Positions 1 to 10,035 of a stretch of 64,000 bases of DNA are shown one piece after another. The stretch covers positions 251,429 through 315,428 of the forward strand of contig DASWYC010000002.1 in the NCBI GenBank assembly GCA_036405175.1, given 5' to 3'. Below the pieces are notes generated by a model. That model saw only the letters and a list, made by a program, of their open reading frames with translations. It was not told the origin of the DNA and made no database searches. The translations under genes were made by a program, and so were the position numbers. Positions within the stretch are counted from its first letter, which is position 1; every line of letters begins with the position of its first letter. The stretch comes from Minisyncoccota bacterium (GTDB lineage Bacteria > Patescibacteriota > Minisyncoccia > Phycocordibacterales > UBA1006).

Positions 1-1
1 T

Positions 2-853
2 GAGCAGTACGTTGGAAACTATAACGATGTGTTAAAAGATATCACTGCTCGCGTTGAAAAAGAGAACATGAAAAACGCGCAGCTCAAAAAAGAAATCATT
101 GCCAAGAAAGAAAAGGCAAATGAATTTGCATACAAAGGAGGACAAATGCGTATGGTGGCAAAGCGTATGCGTGAAAAAGCAGAAGAGCTTGAAGAAGAAA
201 TTGTTGATGTGCGCAAAGAGGACAGAACTATTCGTCCATTTGTGATCCCATCACAAGAAACGTTAAGTGGAGAAATCATTACGCTTTCAAGTCTTACTAT
301 TTTCAAAAATCACACACCCGAGAAAAAGGCGGTGAATAAAAGTTTGCGCAAAAATACTCACTTGCTTTTGAAAGGACCAAACGGAATTGGAAAGTCTACC
401 TTGCTTGAACGTATCACAAAAGGTGATGCTGATGGGGTAAAAATTGCATCAGGTGTACGTGTTGGATACTACCGACAGGACTTTTCTAATATTGATTTTG
501 AACAGAGCTCATTTGAAGTGTTGAAAGAGGCGATGATAAAGGGAGGAGAAAAGTTTGATGAACAAAAAATGCGCGCCGTTGCAGCTGCGTTCCTCATTAT
601 TGGCGATATGATTCATGCAAAGGTTGGATCACTCTCAGAAGGGCAAAAAGGATTGTTGGCATTTGCACGTTTGGTGTTAGAGAAGCCAGGACTTTTGGTA
701 TTGGACGAGCCAACTAACCACATTAACTTCCGTCATATTCCGGTAATTGCAGAAGCGTTGAATAAATTTGGAGGAACAATGATTCTTGTGTCTCACGTGC
801 CGGAGTTTGTTGAGAAAATTAGAATTGACGAGACACTTGATTTGGGGAAGTAG
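2..853 (+). CDS. ABC-F family ATPase, C-terminal part (5' end outside window)
   Basis: Frame is open from base 2 (EQYVGNY linker motif). Walker A GPNGIGKST, signature LSEGQK, Walker B LLVLDEPTNH, H-loop VSH; no TM segments. Confidence 0.9.
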   Translation, partial: EQYVGNYNDVLKDITARVEKENMKNAQLKKEIIAKKEKANEFAYKGGQMRMVAKRMREKAEELEEEIVDVRKEDRTIRPFVIPSQETLSGEIITLSSLTIFKNHTPEKKAVNKSLRKNTHLLLKGPNGIGKSTLLERITKGDADGVKIASGVRVGYYRQDFSNIDFEQSSFEVLKEAMIKGGEKFDEQKMRAVAAAFLIIGDMIHAKVGSLSEGQKGLLAFARLVLEKPGLLVLDEPTNHINFRHIPVIAEALNKFGGTMILVSHVPEFVEKIRIDETLDLGK

Positions 854-897
854 TTTTTAATATCTATAAAAGTTTCAGGTGATATACTTTACTTGAT

Positions 898-2214
898 ATG
901 GGCGTTACCCCTTTAGCTGTTTTAAAAAAGTTTTCAACTCTCGAGGCTTCTCCTAACTGGTCATTTTCGGAATATCAGCGTATAGATACAACAATGATGA
1001 GTCATAGCTATCATCGTTATCCTGCAAAATTTATCCCACAATTAGTCGATAAATTAGTCGATAAATATACAGAGGAGGGAGATACTGTGTGTGATCCGTT
1101 TGGCGGATGTGGCACAACACTAGTACAGTCAAAAATTGTTGGTCGCGAAAGTATTGGTTTCGACATCAATCCTGTAGCCAAATTAATTACTGATACAAAA
1201 ACTCGGGCGATAGATCCAAAGAAGCTAAATCGCATAAGAGAAGTTTTTATTAAAAAATATGAACAGTCTCAACAAAGAAAAAAAGCTTTTGTGCATAGCG
1301 AACGAATCTATTACTGGTTTGATGAGAAGATTGTTTTAAAGCTGGATGTGATATATTCTCTAATTTTAGATATTACCGATAGTGAAACGCGAAGATTTTT
1401 CCTGTGTGCATTTTCTCACATTCTAAAGAACTGCTCAAGATGGCTAATGAAGAGTATTAAACCTACCATTGATCAACATAAAGAGTTTCCAGATCCAATA
1501 AAGGTCTTTTTAAAACACCTTAACTCAATGATAAAAAAGAATGAACTCTTCTACAACTCTCTCAAAGATTCAGGGTGCTTAAAAACTCCTGCTAAGATGC
1601 AGCTGTGGAATTCTACAAAAAAGTTACCTTTAAAAAATAGAAGTATCGATCTTATCGTTACTTCACCGCCTTATGTAACTTCTTATGAATATGCTGATCT
1701 ACATCAGTTGTCGCTTTTATGGTTTAGTGAAGATAAAAAGCATTTTAAAAAATGGGATAAAGTAATGAGCAGATTCCTTGATTTTAAAAAACAATTTATT
1801 GGCAGTAGCCATAAAAAAAAGATTGCAAATAGGGAATTTAAGAGTAAGATTGCAGAAGACATAGTCTCAAAGCTTGAAATTCAGAATTCCGCACTTTCGC
1901 AGAGTGTAGCTAGCTACTTTGATGACATGAGAGCATCATTTAGTGAGATGTACCGAATTCTGAAAAAAGGCAAAAAAGCGTGTGTCATTATAGGTAATAC
2001 CGAACTGCTAGGAATCCCCATATTAAACGCCGAGGTAGCAACGGAACAGATGATAAATCTTGGATTTACTAAGTCAAAAGTTATTAAAAGAGAGGTTTTA
2101 AATAAGATGATTACTCCTTGGCGAGATAATAAGACAGGTAAATTCACAAGTCAATCTAATCCTAGCAAAAGACGAGCTTACGAATATGAATATATCTTAC
2201 TCATGGAAAAATAA
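898..2214 (+). CDS. Amino (N4-C/N6-A) DNA methyltransferase
   Basis: HRYPAKFIPQL, SAM-binding DPFGGCGTT, catalytic TSPPY in the C-terminal half. Confidence 0.9.
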   Translation: MGVTPLAVLKKFSTLEASPNWSFSEYQRIDTTMMSHSYHRYPAKFIPQLVDKLVDKYTEEGDTVCDPFGGCGTTLVQSKIVGRESIGFDINPVAKLITDTKTRAIDPKKLNRIREVFIKKYEQSQQRKKAFVHSERIYYWFDEKIVLKLDVIYSLILDITDSETRRFFLCAFSHILKNCSRWLMKSIKPTIDQHKEFPDPIKVFLKHLNSMIKKNELFYNSLKDSGCLKTPAKMQLWNSTKKLPLKNRSIDLIVTSPPYVTSYEYADLHQLSLLWFSEDKKHFKKWDKVMSRFLDFKKQFIGSSHKKKIANREFKSKIAEDIVSKLEIQNSALSQSVASYFDDMRASFSEMYRILKKGKKACVIIGNTELLGIPILNAEVATEQMINLGFTKSKVIKREVLNKMITPWRDNKTGKFTSQSNPSKRRAYEYEYILLMEK

Positions 2215-2225
2215 AAAATACTCTT

Positions 2226-4097
2226 ATGAACTCTTTTAATCTAGATGAGCTCAAAAAGGAGACAGTGAATAATAATCGATACGAGCGACGACTGGCAAAA
2301 CTCATTTTAGCCAATCAACAGGTTGATCGCATCAAGGGTGTCATTGAGAATGCCGTGATTAACATAAAAAGAGGACAAAAATCTTTTGTTATCTATGGAG
2401 AACCTCAAAGTGGTAAGACCGAAATGATGATAGCTCTTACAGCAAAACTTCTAGATATAGGAGTAAAGATCGTTATAGCATTATTAAATGACAGCGTACA
2501 ACTTCTTGATCAAAACCTTGAACGCTTCCAAAGATCTGGACTCTCTCCCTCTCCCAAGAAATTTAGCGAGGTTTTATCGCCAGAGGTTAGTATAAAAGAT
2601 CATCAGTGGGTAATTTTTTGTAAAAAGAATTCAAGTGACCTACAAAAGCTATTACATAAGCTGCAAGGACATTCTAGCAGGGTAATAATCGACGATGAAG
2701 CTGACTACGCAACACCAAACTCAAAAGTTAATAAGCAAGAAAAAAGTAGGATTAACGAACTTACTGAAAAACTAATTGGTGCTGAGGGTATATATATTGG
2801 AGTTACAGCAACGCCAGCTCGTCTAGACTTAAACAAAACTCATGCAAACCAAAATGAGCATTGGATTGATTTTCCAACGCATTCAAACTATACAGGGCAG
2901 GATGTGTTTTTTCCTATTTCTATTGATAATATACCCTATAGACTAACTTTTTTACCAGATGCGGGCGATAATCCAAAATACATGCGAGATGCAATCTTTA
3001 GTTTTATTATTAATGTATCTTACTTAAATACCTCAGTGAATGATCCTGAAAGAAATTACTCTATTTTAATTCACACCAGCAGCAAAAAGGCCGACCATAC
3101 GGTTGACTACAAGCAGGTCATCAAAACTTTTGAAGCACTTAAAGACGACTCTGACCCTAATCATGAGATTTATTTTAAAAGAATTTGGGATATCGCAAGC
3201 GAGCGCTATCCTGATCGCGTAAATGAAATTACTAAGTATGCAATTGCAAACTGTGATCGCAATAATATTGTTGTAATGAATAGCGATAAAGAAGTAAATG
3301 CGGCGGATAATCGTACAGCAACTGACCCCACTGCTCCGTTCACGATTATCATTGGAGGAAATATTGTTTCTCGTGGGGTAACCTTTAATAATCTATTATC
3401 AATGTTTTTTACTAGAGACGTTAAACATAAATTACAACAGGATACGTATATTCAAAGAGCCCGAATGTTTGGATCACGAGGTGATTATCTAAAATACTTT
3501 GAGTTAACGATTCCTAAATCCTTATATTTAGATTGGCAAAAGTGTTTTATTTTTCATAGACTCTCTCTTGAATCCAGAAAACAAGATAAACGTTCTCCTG
3601 TTTGGCTAGACGGACAAAGAATTACAGCAGTAGCAGGGGCAAGCATAGATAAAACGAGTGTGGTTGTCGACCGAGGAGAAATGAGTTTTCAGTTGTTTGA
3701 ATTTGACAAAGATAATATTTATGAAATATTAGGTCAAGATATAAAACCAATCAACAAAGTAAAAGCTCTTTCTGAGTTGTTAGGAAAAGATTGCCTGCCT
3801 GATTACCTAATAAGCTACATAGAAAGCTTTACCCCTGCTGGGAATAATTCTCTTATCATTCATGAACCTAAAAATATTTCTGGATATAAAGATAAAAAAG
3901 AGGAGAAGGAAATCACTGATACCAACTCTGTGTTTAGAACAAAAGGTTTTATTGGTACAGGTGAACTAGAAAAAGGGAAATACCCTGATGCAGTTCATCA
4001 TATTTTTATTTTATTCAACGACATCAACAAAGCTCGCATGTTTTATAAATACGATGGCAACATAAGATTCCTAAAAACTCCAAAAAAGTATGATTAA
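2226..4097 (+). CDS. Z1-domain / SF2 helicase-like protein
   Basis: Walker A GEPQSGKT, Walker B IIDDEAD, motif III GVTATP, Z1-type IIGGNIVSRGVTF and DTYIQRARMFG. Confidence 0.8.
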   Translation: MNSFNLDELKKETVNNNRYERRLAKLILANQQVDRIKGVIENAVINIKRGQKSFVIYGEPQSGKTEMMIALTAKLLDIGVKIVIALLNDSVQLLDQNLERFQRSGLSPSPKKFSEVLSPEVSIKDHQWVIFCKKNSSDLQKLLHKLQGHSSRVIIDDEADYATPNSKVNKQEKSRINELTEKLIGAEGIYIGVTATPARLDLNKTHANQNEHWIDFPTHSNYTGQDVFFPISIDNIPYRLTFLPDAGDNPKYMRDAIFSFIINVSYLNTSVNDPERNYSILIHTSSKKADHTVDYKQVIKTFEALKDDSDPNHEIYFKRIWDIASERYPDRVNEITKYAIANCDRNNIVVMNSDKEVNAADNRTATDPTAPFTIIIGGNIVSRGVTFNNLLSMFFTRDVKHKLQQDTYIQRARMFGSRGDYLKYFELTIPKSLYLDWQKCFIFHRLSLESRKQDKRSPVWLDGQRITAVAGASIDKTSVVVDRGEMSFQLFEFDKDNIYEILGQDIKPINKVKALSELLGKDCLPDYLISYIESFTPAGNNSLIIHEPKNISGYKDKKEEKEITDTNSVFRTKGFIGTGELEKGKYPDAVHHIFILFNDINKARMFYKYDGNIRFLKTPKKYD

Positions 4098-4566
4098 AGA
4101 ATTTGAATTTTTTCACGGATTAGTATTCGCAAGAATACTCCACGGAACTCAGCGGCCACTTTCTTTGAAGCCGTTTCCATCTGGATCAAATGCTTCCTAT
4201 ATAATCAATGAAAAGACTGGTATCTATATCAAATACTCTAGCAAAAGAATGACACCTTGGAGGTTTTCTTTTGCAAAGCAACATCAAGAAGAGATTGAGT
4301 TAATGAAAAGTACATTGAAAGAAGTTTATCTACTACTGGTTTGTAATGATGATGGAGTTGTATGTTTGAATTATTCAGAACTTAAACAAATACTAGACGA
4401 TCAGCATGAGGCAATTGAATGGATTAGCGCCAATCGTCACAAAAGAGAGATGTACACGGTCAAAGGATCTAACGGAGAGTTGGGCTTTAAAATTGGTCCA
4501 AATGATTTTCCTGGAAAGCTATTCGATGTAGATGCCCCTAAGGGAATACTCGGATGGTTTAAATAA
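4090..4566 (+). CDS. Conserved hypothetical protein, possible PD-(D/E)XK-like fold
   Basis: Overlaps the Z1 gene by 8 nt. Alpha/beta pattern with IYIKYS and PWRFSF motifs; the fold call is tentative. Confidence 0.5.
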   Translation: MIKEFEFFHGLVFARILHGTQRPLSLKPFPSGSNASYIINEKTGIYIKYSSKRMTPWRFSFAKQHQEEIELMKSTLKEVYLLLVCNDDGVVCLNYSELKQILDDQHEAIEWISANRHKREMYTVKGSNGELGFKIGPNDFPGKLFDVDAPKGILGWFK

Positions 4567-4605
4567 TTTATTATTTATTTAAACAAAATCTGATAGAATG
4601 AGGTT

Positions 4606-5364
4606 ATGAAACCAGCAATCTATTCAGACATTAAAGAAAAGGTGGTTCTTGTTACCGGAGCAGCACGCGGGATGGGTAAAGCTATTGCTTTGGCATTTGC
4701 TCAGCAAGGTGCACATTTAGTAATTAATGATTTACCTGAGCGCGCTAAACTACTCAATCAAACGGCTCAAGAGATTATAGATCTCAATATGAAAGTTGAA
4801 GCACTGATTGCCGATGTTCGCCTAGAAGATGACATTAAAAAGCTTATTTCAACAGCTCTTGCCACATACGGACGCATTGACGTACTCGTTAACAATGCAG
4901 GTATTGCGTACGATAAAGATTGGGAAACCAAAACCAAGGACGAGTGGCATGATACCTTGGATACTAATTTGATTGGACCATACTTGCTGATCCGTGAAGC
5001 TCGTGAGGCACTTATTGAATCAAAGGGAAGTGTAATTAATATCACGTCAACAAATGCATATAAAGCAATGAGTGCATTCTCGCTTGATTACGATGCGTCA
5101 AAAGCAGGACTCATTACCTTAACGCACAATACTGCTTCTGGACTTGCGCCGCATGTGCGCGTGAATGCTATAGCTCCTGGATGGGTGAATACGGATATGA
5201 ATAGCGAACTTCCACAAGAATTTATTGATCAAGAAACCAAGAAAGTATTTGCAGGAAGATTTGCTGAACCTGAAGAAATTGCATCAGTAGCTGTCTTTCT
5301 TGCATCTGATGAAGCGCAATATGTAAATGGTGCAACAATTACCGTTGATGGTGGGTATCAATAG
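4606..5364 (+). CDS. SDR family oxidoreductase (FabG-like)
   Basis: TGAARGMG, NNAG, YDASK catalytic motif, VNAIAPGWVNTDM. Confidence 0.95.
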   Translation: MKPAIYSDIKEKVVLVTGAARGMGKAIALAFAQQGAHLVINDLPERAKLLNQTAQEIIDLNMKVEALIADVRLEDDIKKLISTALATYGRIDVLVNNAGIAYDKDWETKTKDEWHDTLDTNLIGPYLLIREAREALIESKGSVINITSTNAYKAMSAFSLDYDASKAGLITLTHNTASGLAPHVRVNAIAPGWVNTDMNSELPQEFIDQETKKVFAGRFAEPEEIASVAVFLASDEAQYVNGATITVDGGYQ

Positions 5365-5433
5365 AAAATTGACAAAATATATAATTATAGTATAAATCTA
5401 AAAAATCTTTCACCAATCTCAAATGAATAAGAC

Positions 5434-6141
5434 ATGGAAATAAAACCTAAAATGCAGTTTATAAATGCGACCAGAGAACTCATTAATCAATCTCAGCAGC
5501 CCGAAAGTGTAACAATCTCAAGTGTCCGGATCACAACGCACCCCGATGTGTTTAATCCCTCAACTTTCTTTTCGTCAAAATGGTTTGCTGATCAGCTATC
5601 CCATTTGATTCACAAAGAAAGTATCTTTATAGAGGTTGGTTCGGGAACCGGTATTGTCTCTATAAAATGTGCCCTCAGTAATCCGAAGCTGCAAATTTAT
5701 GCTACCGATATAAGCCAGAAAGCAGCTGAATTAACTCGAGCGAATGCCACAAAAAATGGTGTAAGCGGAAGAGTAGTCTCATATTCAGGCAATGTTCTTG
5801 ATGCTTTACCGGAGCGTATTAAGGCAGACAGTATATTTTGGGCTATGCCGTTTGGCTACGTAGAGCCAAATTACACCTTGGTCGGAAGAGAGGCTCAGGT
5901 GTTTGATCCTGGATATGTAGCAATAAGAAAGTTTTTTACTGATGCTGTTAAGTACCTAAAAAAGAAGGGTAGACTTATTATTGGCTTTTCTTCCGATATT
6001 GGACATTATGAGCTTCTTGAGAAATTCGCTACCGAGAATGGATATAGTCTCAAGCTTCTTAAAAGAATAACAGGGCAAGAGAAAAGTAATGTATCAATGG
6101 AACTGCATGAAGCACGTCTTATTAATAACTCACTTTACTAA
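5434..6141 (+). CDS. Class I SAM methyltransferase (HemK/MTS-like)
   Basis: VFNP, EVGSGTG, ATDIS; the NPPY position reads AMPF. Confidence 0.8.
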   Translation: MEIKPKMQFINATRELINQSQQPESVTISSVRITTHPDVFNPSTFFSSKWFADQLSHLIHKESIFIEVGSGTGIVSIKCALSNPKLQIYATDISQKAAELTRANATKNGVSGRVVSYSGNVLDALPERIKADSIFWAMPFGYVEPNYTLVGREAQVFDPGYVAIRKFFTDAVKYLKKKGRLIIGFSSDIGHYELLEKFATENGYSLKLLKRITGQEKSNVSMELHEARLINNSLY

Positions 6142-6168
6142 ATTTAGCATAAAAGTAAAAGCTAATTT

Positions 6169-6201
6169 AAATGCCTTCTGGTTTATCCCAGAAGGCATTT
6201 T
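6169..6201. terminator. Bidirectional intrinsic terminator
   Basis: AAATGCCTTCTGG-N6-CCAGAAGGCATTT between convergent genes. Confidence 0.75.
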
Positions 6202-6219
6202 GTAATAAGAAGACAGAAC

Positions 6220-6624
6220 TTACGTGCCCATGAGCTCAAGTACACCTGTTTTCATTTCGGTAATTTCATAAAGAACTTGCGCTCCGTCATAAAACCCTTC
6301 GATTTCGCCATACTCGCCGGTTTTAATATCTTCAAAATATTGAGCATTCTCTGGGGAAGCTATCAATACAATCTCTGTTGATGGCCACACTTCTTTTACC
6401 GTGAAGGCTTCTATGTTGCCGTTAACAATAAGCGCATCTGGTATAAACACAACATCCGGGTGCACTTCGCGTGCGTAAGCATTGGCAATCTCTGTTGGTT
6501 TAACGACTTCTACGTCAAATTTTTTACCAAGAAACTTACCAAGCTCTTTGGCAGTTTCTTTGAGTAAAGGATCCTTGGGATTGAGAACCCAACCGTTGTC
6601 TATAATATAAATACGTTTTTTCAT
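6220..6624 (-). CDS. Orphan protein, receiver-domain-like
   Basis: Likely start MKKRIYIIDN. PDVVFI and TEIVLIAS resemble CheY-like strands. Own TTGACA-17-TACTTT promoter at 6661-6689. Confidence 0.5.
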   Translation of the reverse strand: MKKRIYIIDNGWVLNPKDPLLKETAKELGKFLGKKFDVEVVKPTEIANAYAREVHPDVVFIPDALIVNGNIEAFTVKEVWPSTEIVLIASPENAQYFEDIKTGEYGEIEGFYDGAQVLYEITEMKTGVLELMGT

Positions 6625-6727
6625 CGAACTGGAGGTTAAATTAATGTATATGTTTATTGAAAAGTACCACCTGACTTGAGGCATGTCAAACACGGCACAA
6701 TAAGCTAAATCATGCTAAAATCAGCTC

Positions 6728-7855
6728 ATGAAAACTTCTTTGCGTACGATGTTTATTTTCATAACAGTAATGGCAATCTTCTTGCCATTGGCATCTTTTG
6801 CTCAACAAAATCAACAAGAAGAAATTCTGCAAGCTCGGGTAATTAAAGTCGTGAGCGAAGAACAAATTGAAGTACCCGCAACACACATTATTACGACACT
6901 TCAAACACTTGAGATTGAACCGCTCAACAACCCGTCACAACGTGCCATTATTCAAAATGATTACATTGTTCTTGAAGAAGGCGACAAGATTTTTGTACGC
7001 GCAACACCCGATGAAGCTGGGGCAATAATTTATAGTATTGTTGAACGCAATAGAATCTCAACACTCCTCATATTTCTTGGACTCTTTATTATTACTATCT
7101 TAGTGTTTGGAAAGAAACAAGGGTTACGATCACTCTTAAGTCTTGCGGGCAGCATGTTTATTTTGGCATATGTGTTGATTCCCTCGCTCACGAAGGGTGT
7201 TAATCCTGTAGCTGCTAGCACGATCATTGCTGCACTTATTTTGTTTGTTGCTATTTATTCAACGCACGGATTTAAAAAAGAATCAACCGTAGCATTTACT
7301 GGAACCGTTATTGCGGTGATTATTACCAGTATTATCTCGTTAATTGCGGTAAAGATTTGTCACTTTACCGGACTTGGGTCCGAAGAAGCAAACTTCCTTA
7401 ATATTCAAAGTGCAACACGCCTTAACTTTAGCGGACTTCTACTGGGTGGAATTATTATCGGAATCCTTGGAGTGCTTGATGATATTGCTATTACACAAGC
7501 ATCGGTAGTACGTGAATTGTATAGCTCAGCAGCACACCTCACAAAAAAACAAATTTACACCAAAGCACTCCGAGTAGGACAGGAGCATGTGGGAGCTCTT
7601 GTAAACACACTTGCATTGGCATACACCGGAGCCTCATTACCAATTTTATTACTCTTTTCTACCTCAACATTTCCGCTTGCACTCATTTTAAGCCAGGAGA
7701 TTTTTGCGGTTGAGATTATCCGTACGATTGTGGGAAGTATTGGGCTCGTACTCACGGTTCCAGTCACCACACTTCTTGCAGCGCATATGCTTGAGCATTA
7801 CCGTGGCAAAGAATATTATAATGATCATCATCACGGACACAGCCATGCGCACTAA
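6728..7855 (+). CDS. YibE/F family membrane protein
   Basis: Multi-TM; GVLDDIAITQAS, GALVNTLALAYTG; His-rich C-terminus. Confidence 0.9.
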   Translation: MKTSLRTMFIFITVMAIFLPLASFAQQNQQEEILQARVIKVVSEEQIEVPATHIITTLQTLEIEPLNNPSQRAIIQNDYIVLEEGDKIFVRATPDEAGAIIYSIVERNRISTLLIFLGLFIITILVFGKKQGLRSLLSLAGSMFILAYVLIPSLTKGVNPVAASTIIAALILFVAIYSTHGFKKESTVAFTGTVIAVIITSIISLIAVKICHFTGLGSEEANFLNIQSATRLNFSGLLLGGIIIGILGVLDDIAITQASVVRELYSSAAHLTKKQIYTKALRVGQEHVGALVNTLALAYTGASLPILLLFSTSTFPLALILSQEIFAVEIIRTIVGSIGLVLTVPVTTLLAAHMLEHYRGKEYYNDHHHGHSHAH

Positions 7856-7954
7856 TTCTGGGGCACGACGCATGCTTGACTAACTATTATTTTCATAGTA
7901 AAAATAAGCCATCAAATTTCTTTTATAATTGAACCAAAAAACTAAAAATAATAG

Positions 7955-9157
7955 ATGAAAAAAATCTTATGTTACTGCTATCGGAAATTCTTTATACTCG
8001 TATTTATTGCGAGTCTGGGAATCTTTCAAGCTATATGGGAATATGGCAAGAAACCCGAGCGAAAAACCTGGGAAAATACTTTTGAAATACCGCCGGGTAC
8101 TGACCGTTTTAATAACGGTCGGATGTTTGGTGACTTCTGTAATAAGAAGCTTTCAAAAGCTAATGAAAACTTTCATAAAGGCATTCCGTATTCGCCTTAT
8201 ACATGCTATAAGGATTTACGAGAAATTGCACTTTTAAAGAAAGCTCTGGGTATTTTACAGCCCGCACCGCCACACCTTATTACCTTAATGCATGAGGGCG
8301 TCCGGTCAGGTAAATATACCTATAAAGATGTAGCTAAGGCGTATGCAATGTATATGCCCGAAACGTACAATGAAAGAAAGAAGCGCACATATCAGGGTGA
8401 TGTTTGGATTGATATGTCTTCATGGTTATTGAAGATGTATCTAAAAATGTTACCATGGGCTTTCTTGCTGCTCTTAATATGGAATTATGAAAAGAATGAA
8501 TCTTCATCGTTCAAGATTAAGAGTCCTCTTGGTTTTTTCGTTTCGCTGTTAGGGTATCCAATAGTATTAATTATTGTTGCATACCGATGGCTACACTTGA
8601 AACAGCGCTTCTTTGAGGCCTCAGTAGAAATGCGCAGAACACGAGACAACATGCTTGAGCTTTTGTCAGAAGAGGATATACAACTCGCCTGGCGGTACGC
8701 TCACAGTAAAATACGCTTGCAAGATCTGCGCCAAATTCATGGGCGTGCCCTTAAACACTCATTTGGTGCTGCATGGATCGCCACGGTCATCATTACCGTT
8801 GCCCCACAAGCAATCGAGTCTACAGCAACTATGATAGTGGCATATGATGTAGTTATTACAACAACCCACACTTGTTGTTCAAAGAGTAGGCAGTCAAAGG
8901 CGCCACCGGATTTTCTGTACACCGTGTACAAAGATAAAGAAATACCTTCTTTTCTTGTTTACGATATGGAGAGTTTGGAAATTACTAAATATTTGAAACA
9001 TTTTTTTAAAGACTTTGAATCACGGATATTAAAAGGATTTACACGATCTCTTGAGTCTGTGCCGTTATATGGATTAATCTCTGCATTAGGATTAATCACA
9101 TATAAACTCAAAATCAATGAAAAAAATAATCATATTAGCAATAACTTTTTCTGCTGA
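7955..9157 (+). CDS. Hypothetical membrane protein
   Basis: 400-aa ORF with several hydrophobic segments; TTGACT-17-TAAAAT promoter at 7876-7904. Confidence 0.6.
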   Translation: MKKILCYCYRKFFILVFIASLGIFQAIWEYGKKPERKTWENTFEIPPGTDRFNNGRMFGDFCNKKLSKANENFHKGIPYSPYTCYKDLREIALLKKALGILQPAPPHLITLMHEGVRSGKYTYKDVAKAYAMYMPETYNERKKRTYQGDVWIDMSSWLLKMYLKMLPWAFLLLLIWNYEKNESSSFKIKSPLGFFVSLLGYPIVLIIVAYRWLHLKQRFFEASVEMRRTRDNMLELLSEEDIQLAWRYAHSKIRLQDLRQIHGRALKHSFGAAWIATVIITVAPQAIESTATMIVAYDVVITTTHTCCSKSRQSKAPPDFLYTVYKDKEIPSFLVYDMESLEITKYLKHFFKDFESRILKGFTRSLESVPLYGLISALGLITYKLKINEKNNHISNNFFC

Positions 9158-9962
9158 AGTATTAGCCACCAGTGCATGGGCACAAATAGAAAATGTTGCC
9201 ACAAAGGATAGCAATTTAGTTATCAGCAACATCTACGCTGGATTACTAGCATGGACTGGATACAAGCTTGATACATTCTCATTACCATCTGCTGCAACAG
9301 TGCGCGTTGGATCAGTACTTACATGGAAAACTTCTCAAAAACTTTCCATAGAAGTAATGGGAGTATATGAAGCGGGCGCAGGGAAGCCTCTTGTAATTGC
9401 TGCTGGATGGATGCGGTATAGACCTGCTAAAAACTGGAAAGTTATGGCTGGATATATTCCCACACCAATTAGTGAGCAACGACCATTTCCGCTTTCGCCT
9501 GGTGGGCAATTTGAGACATGGACCATGTCTCAAATACCTGGAGGCGCGCTCGGATTTAAAAATACCCTGATTCTTGGTAAAGCCACGTTAGTGAGCGGCA
9601 TTGTCAGAAGATCAGCTGGATTTGAGTATCAGCTTGCTGGCAGCTATGGACCCCTCACAACCGGGCTCTATTATCAGCCCGACTCAAAAAGTATGGGTTT
9701 TGCAACAACACTTACGACTTCAAAAGTCTATAGCTTGCTGGTGATCAAGCCCACCCTCATAGGGAATACAAGCGTACTCAAAGTTGCAAAGAATCTTAAA
9801 ATCTATAATGATTGCGGATTCGACCTTAAAGAGAAAAAGTTTTTACGTGAAGTGTTTGGAATTTTTAGACCTTTCACCTCAAAAACTTTTAAAGGGTTGC
9901 TGAGTTTTAGTTATAGTGTGACAGACAATAGCCTAATAAGTTGTTTGTTCATCCATATATAA
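9117..9962 (+). CDS. Hypothetical secreted beta-rich protein (porin-like?)
   Basis: Signal peptide ending AWA-Q; amphipathic beta-strand pattern; terminator at 9965-9992. Confidence 0.55.
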   Translation: MKKIIILAITFSAEVLATSAWAQIENVATKDSNLVISNIYAGLLAWTGYKLDTFSLPSAATVRVGSVLTWKTSQKLSIEVMGVYEAGAGKPLVIAAGWMRYRPAKNWKVMAGYIPTPISEQRPFPLSPGGQFETWTMSQIPGGALGFKNTLILGKATLVSGIVRRSAGFEYQLAGSYGPLTTGLYYQPDSKSMGFATTLTTSKVYSLLVIKPTLIGNTSVLKVAKNLKIYNDCGFDLKEKKFLREVFGIFRPFTSKTFKGLLSFSYSVTDNSLISCLFIHI

Positions 9963-10035
9963 AGAATTGCCTCTCAAAAATATGAGAGGCAATTTTATTT
10001 TCACAACCTATTCTTTGCTTTGCTATACTAGTACC

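Noticed and set aside
1042-1065. 12-bp tandem repeat TTAGTCGATAAA x2 in the methyltransferase (phase variation?)
   Set aside because: Only two in-frame copies (LVDK LVDK) in an ordinary helix; no evidence of a contingency locus.
8860-8915. KAPP motif resembling RAPP ribosome-arrest peptides upstream of an OMP-like gene
   Set aside because: Lys rather than Arg, and ~80 residues from the C-terminus; too weak.
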